Virus record (IMG/VR): IMGVR_UViG_3300044733_004754
From: a virus
Strand: one strand, 5' to 3'
Length of the DNA stretch: 64,000 nucleotides
Shown: positions 17,168-27,788 of the stretch, piece by piece
Numbering within the stretch: position 1 is the stretch's first letter
How the letters are laid out: every line of letters starts with the position of its first letter
Position numbers and translations under genes: made by a program
Notes under the pieces: model-generated
The model's input: only the letters and a program-made list of their open reading frames with translations
What the model was told of the DNA's origin: nothing
Database searches by the model: none

Positions 17168-17857
17168 ATGTCACAAATCATTCAAGTTAAACGAACAGAC
17201 GTTGCCGGTCGTACACCAAATACGACAAATGTTGCTAATGATCAGTACATTTATGAAGGGGAATTGGCCCTCAACATGGCCGATAGGAGACTTTTTACCT
17301 CCAACGGATCTGTAGTTATCGAGGTCGGTGCAAATTTAACCAGCTTAAATGTCGTGGGTGGTACAACTGTTAATGGTACACTTACCATCAACAATACTGC
17401 AAGTATCGGGAACACAACTATTACTGGTTTTGCTAATGTATTGAGCAACTCATCTGTTGGTTTACGAGTATCAAGAAGTGATTTTGGTTCCCAATACATT
17501 GATATCAAGTCATATTCAACCGGACATTTATTAACATTTCAAGCTGCATCTACTAACCCAAAATCTGTTTACTTTAATATAGATGTTAATGGTAACACAG
17601 CTGCTGATACCCGTTACCTGCTTCAAATTGACAGTGTTGAAAAGTTTAAAGTTAATTCATCCATAGTAGCAGTCAATAATGATTTAACGGTTACTGGTTT
17701 TGCTAATGTAACATCTGCAATACAAGTCGGTTCTATGTTCGTTGCAAATAGTACGATGGTGAAAATAACAAGTGACGATAAGTTAACATTCAATAATGGC
17801 ACAACACAGAACACCGCGTTCCGTGTGTATAACGAGAGTGGTACACGTATAGCCTAA
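17168..17857 (+). CDS. Short tail fibre-like protein
   Basis: IIQVKRT...GELALN N-terminal module like that of the 14840 gene, a shared NNTASIGNTTITGFANV repeat and C-terminal FRVYNESGTRIA. Confidence 0.65.
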   Translation: MSQIIQVKRTDVAGRTPNTTNVANDQYIYEGELALNMADRRLFTSNGSVVIEVGANLTSLNVVGGTTVNGTLTINNTASIGNTTITGFANVLSNSSVGLRVSRSDFGSQYIDIKSYSTGHLLTFQAASTNPKSVYFNIDVNGNTAADTRYLLQIDSVEKFKVNSSIVAVNNDLTVTGFANVTSAIQVGSMFVANSTMVKITSDDKLTFNNGTTQNTAFRVYNESGTRIA

Positions 17858-17860
17858 ATA
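17853..17860 (+). promoter_or_regulatory. Late promoter variant CCTAAATA
   Basis: TAAATA core just upstream of gp13. Confidence 0.5.
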
Positions 17861-17879
17861 GTTCCAAAAGGAGAAGTGT

Positions 17880-18623
17880 ATGGCTGTACCAACCACACGA
17901 GCAGGGTTCAAAGAATATTGTCTCCGTGCTCTAGGCAAACCTGTTATTGAGATTAACGTTGATGACGATCAAGTAGAGGATCGTATTGATGAATCCCTTC
18001 GTTATTATTGGGATTACCATTTCGATGGTACAGAAAAGGTTTATTATAAGCACGCCATAACCGCTCAAGATAAAGAAAACAAATACATCACATTGCCTGA
18101 AAATATCATAGGTGCTGTCCGTGTGTTCCCTATTGGCGATCCATCAATTCGTTCAGACGACTTGTTTAATATAAGATATCAAATTGCTCTCAATGACCTC
18201 TATACATTAACAGCATATTCAATGATTCCCTATTACATGGCAATGCAACATCTAGCCCTGATTTCGGAGTTTTTAGTTGGACAACAACCGATCAGATACA
18301 GCCGTCACCGTGATCGTCTACACGTTGATACTAAGTGGGATAATTATAATGTTGGAGATTATCTTCTAGTTGAAGCATATGAAGTTTTAGACCCGGACAC
18401 ATTCTCAGAAGTTTGGTCTGATAGATGGCTACAAAATTACTGTACACAAAAGATTAAGTATCAATGGGGTGCTAATCTAACTAAATTCATTGGAATGCAG
18501 TTGCCAGGTGGCGTACAATTCAATGGTGAAAAGATTATGAACGATGCAAAAGATGAAATAGAGAAGATGGAAAAGGATATGATCCTTAATTATTCTCTGC
18601 CTGTTGCGGACATGATGGGATAA
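17880..18623 (+). CDS. gp13: Neck protein gp13
   Basis: YCLRALGKPVIEINV...QWGANLTKF...LPGGV motifs, plus synteny. Confidence 0.92.
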   Translation: MAVPTTRAGFKEYCLRALGKPVIEINVDDDQVEDRIDESLRYYWDYHFDGTEKVYYKHAITAQDKENKYITLPENIIGAVRVFPIGDPSIRSDDLFNIRYQIALNDLYTLTAYSMIPYYMAMQHLALISEFLVGQQPIRYSRHRDRLHVDTKWDNYNVGDYLLVEAYEVLDPDTFSEVWSDRWLQNYCTQKIKYQWGANLTKFIGMQLPGGVQFNGEKIMNDAKDEIEKMEKDMILNYSLPVADMMG

Positions 18624-18624
18624 C

Positions 18625-19371
18625 ATGGCAACAAACTTCTTCTTCAATAATTTTACAAGTAGCCAGGAACAAACGTTACTTGAAGATTTAATTATTGAAT
18701 CGATAAAGATTCACGGTGTTGATGTAATTTATCTACCTCGTAGCACAGGTACTGTTGATGCTGTTTTCAATGAAGATATAACACGTAGTTATGTTGCTGC
18801 TGTACCTATTGAGATGTATGTGAAGAATGTTGAGGGATTTGCAGGGGATGGTGACTTTCTCTCTAAGTTTAATTTAGAAATACGTGATCAGATAACGTTC
18901 ACGGTTGCATTTCGCACATTCGCCAATGAAGTAATTGCTGCGGATACGACGACAGGGGATGCTACGAGAGACAGGCCGTTGGAAGGCGATCTGATTTATT
19001 TTCCATTCAATAAAAAAATATTTGAGATACGTTTTGTTGAACATGAATCAGTGTTCTACCAATTGGGTTCTTTACAGATGTATGATCTCAAGTGCGAGTT
19101 ATTCGAATACAACAACGAGTACTTTGGTACGGGTGTACCAGATGTTGATCGCTTAATGTATAACTACTCTCTTGGTTCGGAACTGTATGGAATCAAAACA
19201 GAGAATAGCTATCTCATCACAACAGAGGATGGGTATCCGTTACTACAAGAGGAATTCGACAGTAACGATCATGAAAACGATCCCTTATCCCAGAACGAGG
19301 AAATTGAAACAGTGGCTGATGGTATCATTGACTTTACAGAACGCGATCCTTTTAGTGAGGGTACGTACTAA
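18625..19371 (+). CDS. gp14: Neck protein gp14
   Basis: LIIESIKIHG, RPLEGDLIYFP, FYQLG and DFTERDPF motifs. Confidence 0.92.
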   Translation: MATNFFFNNFTSSQEQTLLEDLIIESIKIHGVDVIYLPRSTGTVDAVFNEDITRSYVAAVPIEMYVKNVEGFAGDGDFLSKFNLEIRDQITFTVAFRTFANEVIAADTTTGDATRDRPLEGDLIYFPFNKKIFEIRFVEHESVFYQLGSLQMYDLKCELFEYNNEYFGTGVPDVDRLMYNYSLGSELYGIKTENSYLITTEDGYPLLQEEFDSNDHENDPLSQNEEIETVADGIIDFTERDPFSEGTY

Positions 19372-20180
19372 TGTTCGGTCATGTTTATTATCATAGCTTG
19401 ATACGGAAATATGTGGCCGTGTTCGGTACACTATTTAACGACGTGTACCTGAATCGTTACGATACAGACTCAGATATGAGAACATCCATTAAAGTACCTA
19501 TCACATATGGACCACGTGAAAAGGTGCTTGCACGGGCATTGGCTGATCCAGATTTGAATAGAATGCCTTCTATAACATTACCACGAATGACGTTCGAAAT
19601 GACGTCATTGCAATATGCATCAAATCGTAAGCTAAACACAATTGGTAAGAGGGTTGTAAAAGATACAACCGATCCAAATCAGTTGAAGTACCAATACAAT
19701 CCTGTTCCTTATGATATAAGTTTTACATTGTCTGTCATTACAAAGAATGCCGACGAAGGTGCTAACATAGTTGAGCAGATACTACCTTTTTTTACACCAG
19801 AGTGGACGACTTCTGTCGAACTGATACCAGAAATGGATTATGTCGCTGACATCCCTGTTGTTCTCGATAGAGTTAGTTGTATGGATGAATATGAGGGGGA
19901 TTTTTTAAACAGACGCGCAATTATTTGGACGTTAGATTTTACTATGAAGGTTTACATTCTAGGTCCAATAAGAAAGCAAGGTATTATCAAGTTTGCAAAT
20001 ACAAACATTTATGACTACACATCTTCACCCAACACTCATCTCTCAAGTGTCGATGTACGACCTGGCCTACTAGCAAATGGTTCACCAACAACCAATAGTG
20101 CTGCGACAGTCTCTATTGACTTAATTGAGTCAGATGATAATTATGGTTATATTGTTACAGTGACTAATCCAAATGAATAA
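19371..20180 (+). CDS. gp15: Tail sheath stabilizer / completion protein gp15
   Basis: FGTLFND, KVPITYGPREK, LPRMTFE, PVPYD and EQILPFFTP motifs. Confidence 0.92.
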   Translation: MFGHVYYHSLIRKYVAVFGTLFNDVYLNRYDTDSDMRTSIKVPITYGPREKVLARALADPDLNRMPSITLPRMTFEMTSLQYASNRKLNTIGKRVVKDTTDPNQLKYQYNPVPYDISFTLSVITKNADEGANIVEQILPFFTPEWTTSVELIPEMDYVADIPVVLDRVSCMDEYEGDFLNRRAIIWTLDFTMKVYILGPIRKQGIIKFANTNIYDYTSSPNTHLSSVDVRPGLLANGSPTTNSAATVSIDLIESDDNYGYIVTVTNPNE

Positions 20181-20562
20181 TGACCCCATAGCCAATGCTC
20201 TTGATATAACACCACTTGCACCATCATCGCCAATTATTCAGCGATTTGAAGATAACCAAGTTGTTGATGATTTTGAGTTTGCAAGGACAAATCTAATTAA
20301 TGCCATTGAGCAAGGGCAGACTGCGTTGGCTGATATTGTAACGGTCGCAGGCATGTCCCAACATCCTAGGGCATATGAGGTTGTTGCAACTTTGTTGAAA
20401 ACTGTTGCAGATGCAAACAAGGACTTACTTGAATTGCAAAAACGAAAGAAAGACTTGACTGGTATTGGACCTGCCCCAACAACAGTGAATAATAACTTAT
20501 TTGTTGGTAGTACGGCAGAACTCCAGCAACTAATAAAGAAACAAAATGAGCAAGCTGGGTGA
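20173..20562 (+). CDS. gp16: Terminase small subunit gp16
   Basis: HPRAYEV and NNNLFVGSTAELQ motifs. Confidence 0.93.
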   Translation: MNNDPIANALDITPLAPSSPIIQRFEDNQVVDDFEFARTNLINAIEQGQTALADIVTVAGMSQHPRAYEVVATLLKTVADANKDLLELQKRKKDLTGIGPAPTTVNNNLFVGSTAELQQLIKKQNEQAG

Positions 20563-22219
20563 TTCGTATCTAGGTAATCAAAATTTAAAAAGATCAAATG
20601 TAAAAATTGCTTGGACACCTGATCAAGTTCGGGAGTGGTTGAGGTGTGCTCAAGATCCTGTTTACTTTGTTGAGACCTATGTTAAGATTGTTAATATAGA
20701 TAAAGGTCTTGTTAATTTTAACTTGTATGATTATCAACGTAATATTGTTGAGACTGCCGTTGAGGATCGTTTTGTAATATGTAAGATGCCGCGTCAGTGC
20801 GGTAAGACAACCACAATCGTAGGTGTTATGTTGTGGTATGTTTTGTTCCATCAGAACTATAGCGTAGCTATCCTTGCTCATAAGCTCCAACAAGCTCGTG
20901 AAATACTTTCACGTATACAACTTGCATATGAACATTTACCAAAGTGGATTCAGCAAGGTATTGTTGAATGGAACAAAGGTAATCTTGAGCTTGAAAACGG
21001 ATCTAAAATCCTAGCTTCTGCAACATCATCGTCAGCTATACGAGGTGGATCGTTCAACTTAGTTTATTTGGATGAGTTTGCGTTCGTTGAAAACAATATG
21101 CAAGAAGACTTTTTTGCATCTGTGTATCCTACTATTTCATCAGGCACTACTTCCAAAGTACTAATCACATCCACACCCAACGGTTTGAATATGTTCTACA
21201 AACTATGGGTAGACAGCGAGGAAGGCAAGAACGACTACACGCGTATCGACGTTCACTGGAGTCAAATGCCGGGTCGTGATGAGAAGTGGAAACAAGAAAC
21301 GATACGCAATACATCTGAAGATCAGTTCCGCGTCGAGTTCGAGTGTGAATTCATTGGTTCATCGCATACATTGATAAGTGCAACAAAGCTAAGAGTTTTA
21401 AGATCAATTCAACCAATTTTAAGTAATCCTGATACACGAATTTATGCGCAGCCTATTGCAGGCAGACAATATTTTACAGTTGTTGATACAGCACGGGGTG
21501 TGGAGGGCGATTATTCTGCGTTTATTGTTTTTGATGTATCGGAGCTTCCGTATCGTATTGTTGCTACGTATAAGAATAATATGGTTTCACCTCTGTTGTA
21601 TCCAAATATTGTTTTCCAGCTTTCAAAACATTACAACAACGCTTATGTACTTGTTGAGACAAATGATATTGGTGAACAGATTGCAAACATACTCCAACAC
21701 GATCTGGAATATGAAGGCATTCTTACGACAGTTAATAATGGTCGTAGCGGCCAAGTAATATCACCTGGGTTTGGGCAACAAACAAGACTTGGTGTTCGAA
21801 CAACAAAAGCCGTCAAACGTATTGGTTGTATGGGACTGAAGACACAGGTTGAGTCAGATAAACTCATCATTAACGATGACCGCGTCTTGTATGAATTGTT
21901 TCGTTTTGTAAATATTGGTGAGAGTTACGAAGCGGAGGAAGGTCATGATGACCTAGTGATGTGTTGTGTTCTATTTGCGTGGGCAATGGGACAAACATAT
22001 GTCAAGGAATTAACAAGTGTTGATTTACGACAGAAGTTAGAAGAAGAAACAGAGACCGCGCTAGAAGAAAGTATGATGCCTATCGGTATTATTGATAGAG
22101 GCGAAGCTGCAGACCTGTTAGTAGTTGCAACAAAGAAGAACGACGATTCATGGATTTTTGCTGGCGATGATGACTTTGACGCACGAATGATGTCAAAGCA
22201 TGAAGCCGCGTTCCACTAA
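20546..22219 (+). CDS. gp17: Terminase large subunit gp17
   Basis: PRQCGKTT (Walker A), YLDEFAF (Walker B), STPNG and HDDLVM nuclease motif. Confidence 0.97.
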   Translation: MSKLGDSYLGNQNLKRSNVKIAWTPDQVREWLRCAQDPVYFVETYVKIVNIDKGLVNFNLYDYQRNIVETAVEDRFVICKMPRQCGKTTTIVGVMLWYVLFHQNYSVAILAHKLQQAREILSRIQLAYEHLPKWIQQGIVEWNKGNLELENGSKILASATSSSAIRGGSFNLVYLDEFAFVENNMQEDFFASVYPTISSGTTSKVLITSTPNGLNMFYKLWVDSEEGKNDYTRIDVHWSQMPGRDEKWKQETIRNTSEDQFRVEFECEFIGSSHTLISATKLRVLRSIQPILSNPDTRIYAQPIAGRQYFTVVDTARGVEGDYSAFIVFDVSELPYRIVATYKNNMVSPLLYPNIVFQLSKHYNNAYVLVETNDIGEQIANILQHDLEYEGILTTVNNGRSGQVISPGFGQQTRLGVRTTKAVKRIGCMGLKTQVESDKLIINDDRVLYELFRFVNIGESYEAEEGHDDLVMCCVLFAWAMGQTYVKELTSVDLRQKLEEETETALEESMMPIGIIDRGEAADLLVVATKKNDDSWIFAGDDDFDARMMSKHEAAFH

Positions 22220-22237
22220 AATTAGAATCCCCAAAAT

Positions 22238-22245
22238 TATAAATA
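22238..22245 (+). promoter_or_regulatory. Late promoter TATAAATA
   Basis: Exact consensus upstream of gp18. Confidence 0.85.
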
Positions 22246-22298
22246 CCATCGATTATCTTAATCTTTACAAATAAAAAACCTCAGAGGGGAGAATAGTC

Positions 22299-24413
22299 AT
22301 GCCATTTCAAGTCAGTCCTGGCGTAAACGTCACTGAAATTGACCTAACAACGGTCGTCCCCGCAGTATCTACAACCGAAGGTGCCCTTGCCGGCGTGTTT
22401 CGTTGGGGTCCTGTCGGTACTCGTGTGTTGGTTGATTCAGAGATCAATTTAGTTGCTAGATTCGGAAAGCCTACAAATCATAACGCAGAAACATTTTTTA
22501 CAGCAGCAAATTTTCTTGCGTATGGAAATAAACTGTACCTAACACGTGTCGCAAACACGACATCTACGAATTCCAATACTGTCTGTCGTAACGCTATTGC
22601 CAATTCAGCAAACGTTTCGGACTGGTCGGATGCCAATGGCGACACATCAACAGATAATGCGTTATATGTTGTTAAGAATGAAGATTACTGGGACGCAGAA
22701 TCAGATACTATTCAGACGTCTGGTGACACAGATGTCAAGTATATTGCTAGATGGCCAGGTAAGCTAGGTAATTCGTTGAAAATTTCTGTTTGCCCAAGCT
22801 CTGATGCCTATTCAAAAATATATGATCTTGCAAACAACGGTACAGCAGACTACATCAGCGCTGTAAGTAATGTTGCTTTTGTTATTGGTAGCAACAGCGC
22901 AACTGTTTCTATTACTGTTGGTTCTAGTGGAACGATTGCAAATACAGTCGGATATGCAACAACAATCTCCAGCGGTATCACGGTTGGTGATATTGTTGAA
23001 GCAGGAAACAGTACTGTCGGAATCCAATATATGCGTGTAACAAATGTTGGCGCGGTTTCAAACTCAGCCACGGTTGCATCGTTTGCAGTATCGTTTGAGG
23101 ACGTATATGGGTTATCTCAAAACGTCAGCTCGAGCACGTTGACACGTAAGTGGGAATATTGGAACGCTGTTGATACAGCACCTGGTCAATCGACCTATCA
23201 GGCCTCGTTTGGTAACACAAGCGCGGATGACGAACTGCATGTTATCGTTGCGGACGAAGACGGTGAATTCACAGGTGTTCCAGGTACAATCCTGGAAGTG
23301 TTCCGTAGTGTATCTCGAGCAAGTGATGCAAAAACAGAAGATGGATCTGCAAACTATTATAAAACAGTTATCGATCAGTCGTCTGCTTACATCTGGGTTC
23401 TGAATCATCTAACTGGTGCAGCGAACGGAACAGCAGCAACACTTGCTGATCCAACAGCAACAAAACCTGTCACGCTTTCTTTCCAAGGTGGTCGTGACGG
23501 CGATACAGAAGCAGGTATTTCAGTTGGTATTATACTAGGTGGTTATGATCTTTATTCATCTGCTGAAGATGTTGATGTATCGTTGATTCTGACGGGTAAG
23601 TCGAAGGGCGGTACACATGGTGAACAGATTGCTAATTACTTAATCGACAATGTTGCCGAAAAGCGTAAGGATTGCGTTGTGTTTGTGTCTCCACAAAAAG
23701 ACGATGTAGTCAACAACGCTGGAGATGAGGCGGATGATGTTGTTGAGTTCCGTAACGTGTTGCGTAGCACATCTTATGCGGTTCTAGACTCGGGTTACAA
23801 ATATCAATACGACAAATACAACGACATCTATCGTTGGATTCCGCTGAACGGTGACACAGCTGGTTTGTGTGTTCGTACAGATGAAACCAGAGATGCGTGG
23901 TTCTCGCCAGCTGGCTTTAACAGAGGCCAAATTAAGAATATCGTTAAGCTAGCATTCAATCCAAGACAAGCTGCTCGTGACATCCTGTATAAGGCTGGTG
24001 TTAACCCTGTTGTTACGTTCCCTGGTCAGGGTACTATTCTGTATGGCGATAAGACGCTGCTTTCGAAACCAAGCGCGTTTGATCGTATCAATGTTCGTCG
24101 CCTCTTCATCGTACTAGAAAAAGCTATTGCGACCGCTGCTAAATTCACATTGTTTGAGTTCAACGATGAATTTACACGAGCACAGTTCCGTAATCTTGTA
24201 GAACCGTTCCTACGTGATGTTCAAGGTCGTCGTGGCATTTATGATTTCAAAGTCGTATGCGACACTACGAATAATACAGGTGAAGTTATCGACCGTAATG
24301 AATTTATAGGTGACATCTATATTAAGCCAGCTCGTAGTATTAACTTTATCCAGCTCAACTTTATTGCAGTAAGAACGGGTGTTGAGTTCTCCGAAGTCGT
24401 CGGTCAGTTTTAA
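22299..24413 (+). CDS. gp18: Tail sheath protein gp18
   Basis: SPGVNVTEIDLT, WFSPAGFNRG, FDRINVRRLF and IKPARSINFI motifs. Confidence 0.97.
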   Translation: MPFQVSPGVNVTEIDLTTVVPAVSTTEGALAGVFRWGPVGTRVLVDSEINLVARFGKPTNHNAETFFTAANFLAYGNKLYLTRVANTTSTNSNTVCRNAIANSANVSDWSDANGDTSTDNALYVVKNEDYWDAESDTIQTSGDTDVKYIARWPGKLGNSLKISVCPSSDAYSKIYDLANNGTADYISAVSNVAFVIGSNSATVSITVGSSGTIANTVGYATTISSGITVGDIVEAGNSTVGIQYMRVTNVGAVSNSATVASFAVSFEDVYGLSQNVSSSTLTRKWEYWNAVDTAPGQSTYQASFGNTSADDELHVIVADEDGEFTGVPGTILEVFRSVSRASDAKTEDGSANYYKTVIDQSSAYIWVLNHLTGAANGTAATLADPTATKPVTLSFQGGRDGDTEAGISVGIILGGYDLYSSAEDVDVSLILTGKSKGGTHGEQIANYLIDNVAEKRKDCVVFVSPQKDDVVNNAGDEADDVVEFRNVLRSTSYAVLDSGYKYQYDKYNDIYRWIPLNGDTAGLCVRTDETRDAWFSPAGFNRGQIKNIVKLAFNPRQAARDILYKAGVNPVVTFPGQGTILYGDKTLLSKPSAFDRINVRRLFIVLEKAIATAAKFTLFEFNDEFTRAQFRNLVEPFLRDVQGRRGIYDFKVVCDTTNNTGEVIDRNEFIGDIYIKPARSINFIQLNFIAVRTGVEFSEVVGQF

Positions 24414-24441
24414 TAATAAATAAGAACAAAGGAGAACAAAC

Positions 24442-24993
24442 ATGGCATTCAACGTAAATGAAATTAGAAGTCAGCTAACACTGGGGGGAGCACGTGGCTC
24501 CCTTTTCCAGGTGACTTTTAGTAATCCTGCAAATAGTGTTGCTGATATTAAGGTGCCTTTCATGGTACGCGCAGCACAGATTCCTGAATCGACACTAGGT
24601 ACTATCGAAGTGCCTTACTTTGGTCGTAAAGTAAGGCTAGCTGGTGACAGAACTTTCGGTGATTGGTCGGTCACAATTATCAATGATGAAGATTTCCTTA
24701 TTCGTAATGCTATGGAAGAATGGTCAAACAGAATCAATTCGCTAGAGGGTAATTTAAGAGTATTTGGTGCTGCAGCACCGTTACTATATAAATCAACAGC
24801 GGAAGTTACTCAGTTTTCGAAAACCGGTGTTCCTATTCGTTCGTATAAATTTAATGGCATCTATCCTTCGTCTGTTTCGTCAATTGATTTGAACTGGGCC
24901 GACACAGATTCGATTGAAGAGTTTCAGGTTACCTTCCAGTATGACTGGTGGGAAGTGAGTGGCGGTATTACTGGCACAGCCGGTGGCGCCTAA
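24442..24993 (+). CDS. gp19: Tail tube protein gp19
   Basis: GGAR..LF, AGDRTF..W and IEEFQVTFQYDWW motifs. Preceded by AATAAATA at 24415. Confidence 0.95.
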   Translation: MAFNVNEIRSQLTLGGARGSLFQVTFSNPANSVADIKVPFMVRAAQIPESTLGTIEVPYFGRKVRLAGDRTFGDWSVTIINDEDFLIRNAMEEWSNRINSLEGNLRVFGAAAPLLYKSTAEVTQFSKTGVPIRSYKFNGIYPSSVSSIDLNWADTDSIEEFQVTFQYDWWEVSGGITGTAGGA

Positions 24994-24994
24994 C

Positions 24995-25027
24995 AGAAGA
25001 TGAGCGACGCCAGTCGCTCTCTTCTTT
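24995..25027 (+). terminator. Hairpin / possible intrinsic terminator after gp19
   Basis: agaaga(t)gagcgac-gcca-gtcgctctcttct stem followed by only a short T tract. Confidence 0.5.
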
Positions 25028-25039
25028 AATGGAGTAGTT

Positions 25040-26662
25040 ATGGCAAACCTGTTTGGATTTGAGATCCGTCGCAAGGTCGATCCAGAAGTTGAGCAAAAAC
25101 AGCAACCAACTTTTGCACCAGAAGTCACAGATGATGGTGCAGTTGTTGTTGCAGCTGGTGGTGCTTATGGTACATACATTGATTTACAAGGTGCAGCACG
25201 TACAGAGGCTGAGCTTGTTACCAAATACAGAGAAATGTCACAGCACCCAGAAGTGGAGCGTGCTGTTGATGATGTTATTAACGAAGCAATTGTTAATGAT
25301 CCAGACCAAGACACAATCAGTATTGATCTGGAAGAAACAAAACTATCACCCAACATTAAAAAACTAATCACGCAAGAATTTGAAAATGTTCTTGATTTAT
25401 TAAGTTTTGAAAAGACGGGATTTGATCTATTTCGTAGATGGTATGTTGATGGGCGAATGTACTATCACGTTGTGATTGACGTTACAAAACCAGGCGATGG
25501 TATTAAAGAGCTACGGTATATTGACCCACGCAAGCTGCGAAAAGTACGTGAAGTCACCCGCCGCCGGAACAAAAATTCTGTTACCTCACAGACGGAAGTT
25601 GTACAAGAATACTTCATATACAATGAAAAAGGATTCCAGAACAAAGCCGGTGAAGTTGGTACTGCCAGCAATGTTCAAGGATTAAAGATAGCGCTCGACA
25701 GTATTGTTCATGTTACGTCGGGCCTTACCGACACAAACAGTACACTTGTTTTGTCACATCTTCATAAAGCGATAAAACCATTAAATCAACTCAGAGCTTT
25801 AGAAGACGCCACAATCATATACAGAATATCAAGAGCACCAGAGCGTCGTATATTTTATATTGATGTTGGTAACCTGCCAAAAATGAAAGCAGAACAGTAC
25901 CTACGCGATATGATGATTCGTCATAAAAATAAGATCGTATATGACTCATCTACTGGTGAGATACGCGACGACCGTAAATTTATGACGATGTTAGAAGATT
26001 ATTGGTTCCCAAGACGAGAAGGTAGCAGGGGTACAGAGATTTCAACTCTACCGGCTGGTCAAAACCTCGGAGAGTTACAGGACGTCGAATACTTTCAAAA
26101 GAAATTATACGAGTCGTTGAACGTTCCAACATCACGTCTTCAGTCAGACAACACATTTATGTTGGGTAACCAAGACGCTCAGATATCTCGTGATGAGATG
26201 AAATTTGCCAAATTTATTGATAGAGTGAGGACAAGGTTTAATCATTTATTTCTTGAAGCTCTCTCGAAACAATTAGTGTTGAAAAACATAATGACTATCG
26301 AAGAGTGGGAACAGATACAAAATAAAGTCACCTTCAATTATGCGAAGGACAATTTTTATGAAGAGCAGAAGAATGCATTGATTCTTCGCGACCGTCTTAC
26401 TTCTTTGCAGACAATGGAACCATACATTGGTCGATATTTCTCTAATGATTGGGTACGTAAGCATGTTCTGTATCAAACAGAAGATGATATCGATGAGATG
26501 AATAAGCAAGTGAAAAAAGAGATGAAGGATCCCCTATACCAGATGCAGGTAGATACTGAGGGTACTCCTGTGGACAGCGCTCGTCCGCTCGCAAGTACAA
26601 CTGCTCAAGGACCTCAACCTGGTGGAGTCAGTTCCGTAGCTCCTGGTGATCAAAATAACTAA
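25040..26662 (+). CDS. gp20: Portal protein gp20
   Basis: WYVDGR, YRISRAPERRIFYIDVGNLPK and EDYWFPRREG motifs. Confidence 0.97.
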   Translation: MANLFGFEIRRKVDPEVEQKQQPTFAPEVTDDGAVVVAAGGAYGTYIDLQGAARTEAELVTKYREMSQHPEVERAVDDVINEAIVNDPDQDTISIDLEETKLSPNIKKLITQEFENVLDLLSFEKTGFDLFRRWYVDGRMYYHVVIDVTKPGDGIKELRYIDPRKLRKVREVTRRRNKNSVTSQTEVVQEYFIYNEKGFQNKAGEVGTASNVQGLKIALDSIVHVTSGLTDTNSTLVLSHLHKAIKPLNQLRALEDATIIYRISRAPERRIFYIDVGNLPKMKAEQYLRDMMIRHKNKIVYDSSTGEIRDDRKFMTMLEDYWFPRREGSRGTEISTLPAGQNLGELQDVEYFQKKLYESLNVPTSRLQSDNTFMLGNQDAQISRDEMKFAKFIDRVRTRFNHLFLEALSKQLVLKNIMTIEEWEQIQNKVTFNYAKDNFYEEQKNALILRDRLTSLQTMEPYIGRYFSNDWVRKHVLYQTEDDIDEMNKQVKKEMKDPLYQMQVDTEGTPVDSARPLASTTAQGPQPGGVSSVAPGDQNN

Positions 26663-26677
26663 ATAATTGGAGGAATT

Positions 26678-26956
26678 ATGACTGATAAACAATTTACTAT
26701 TGCAGATATGATTGGAGCCGTAAACGATGAGAGTCCGAGTGGTTTTCAGGCTGCATTCAACTCATTAGTACTTGATAAGATACAAGATGCAATCAGTGCA
26801 AAGAAAGCAGAGATTGCAAGTAATTATTTTAACTACGAAGACGAAACAGAAGAAGAGGAAGACACGGAAGAAGAAACCTCAGACGCTGAAAGTAACGAAG
26901 GAACCGACGATGAAGACACTGAAACAGTTGCTGGAAAAGAAGACGGACAAAGCTGA
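26678..26956 (+). CDS. Acidic prohead core protein (gp67-like)
   Basis: Position after the portal, highly acidic C-terminus, and ACTAAATA late-promoter variant at 26658. Confidence 0.65.
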   Translation: MTDKQFTIADMIGAVNDESPSGFQAAFNSLVLDKIQDAISAKKAEIASNYFNYEDETEEEEDTEEETSDAESNEGTDDEDTETVAGKEDGQS

Positions 26957-27788
26957 ACCAACGGCTCCTATTGAGCCTGATTCAGTTACTTCGTACGTTC
27001 CTAAATCAAAGGACGAGAAGCGCTTCATGGACAAGCATGTCGTTCAAAAGATAGACGACGCTAATGGCAATGGAGATGATGTCTTTCGTGGTTCAAACAT
27101 TAAGGCATATGATCGGTCTACGACAAGACATGGTTATAACACCAAACAAGATCAAGCTGTTTATGAGACAAAACAAGTGAAAACTCTAACACAAATTCTC
27201 GGTGAAAAAACTCTTACCCCAGCCGAAATGAAGAAACGCGAAGAAATCGCGAAGGCAATGGAGCGTGAGACACCAGGTATGGATAAGTCGAAGAAAATGG
27301 CTATTGCTACCGCTACTGCAAAGAGAGTGGCTGAAGAAGTTGAGGAACTTGATGAAGCAGCTCGACACGAACAATATGCAACATATCATGCAGGTGTTAA
27401 AGATATGTTGAAAAAAATTGGCACTTACGCTGATGCTCATAAAGAAGCAGCAATGTCGCCAACAGAATATAGTAAAGAAAAAGGCGGCTATATGCATATG
27501 GGTCATGTCTCAGCTATGAAGAGTCTTCACAGATCTCTTCAGGATATGCACGATAATTTACAGAGCGAGGTCGAATATTCGCAGCCACCCAAACCTCTTT
27601 TACCATATACAAACAAATTAAAAGAAGAAGCTGATCTGTTTAATATGTTTGACGACAGTGTTAAAGAACGATTAGAAGCAGTATATGAAGCTGTTGATGA
27701 CGAATGCAAACAGATCATTAACGAGATGCTCAAAGCAGGGGAATATGACGAGCTCGTGAGCATCATCGAGGAGGTTAATAATGGCTGA
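26910..27788 (+). CDS. Prohead core / internal head protein (gp68 position)
   Basis: Likely start is MKTLKQLLEK at 26910 with an AAGGA SD. Resembles a capsid-targeting N-terminus and has many (I/L/V)xE sites. Confidence 0.6.
   Translation: MKTLKQLLEKKTDKAEPTAPIEPDSVTSYVPKSKDEKRFMDKHVVQKIDDANGNGDDVFRGSNIKAYDRSTTRHGYNTKQDQAVYETKQVKTLTQILGEKTLTPAEMKKREEIAKAMERETPGMDKSKKMAIATATAKRVAEEVEELDEAARHEQYATYHAGVKDMLKKIGTYADAHKEAAMSPTEYSKEKGGYMHMGHVSAMKSLHRSLQDMHDNLQSEVEYSQPPKPLLPYTNKLKEEADLFNMFDDSVKERLEAVYEAVDDECKQIINEMLKAGEYDELVSIIEEVNNG

Noticed and set aside
14840-17857. Diversity-generating retroelement acting on the fibre genes
   Set aside because: No reverse transcriptase and no adenine-mismatched TR/VR pair were seen in the window.
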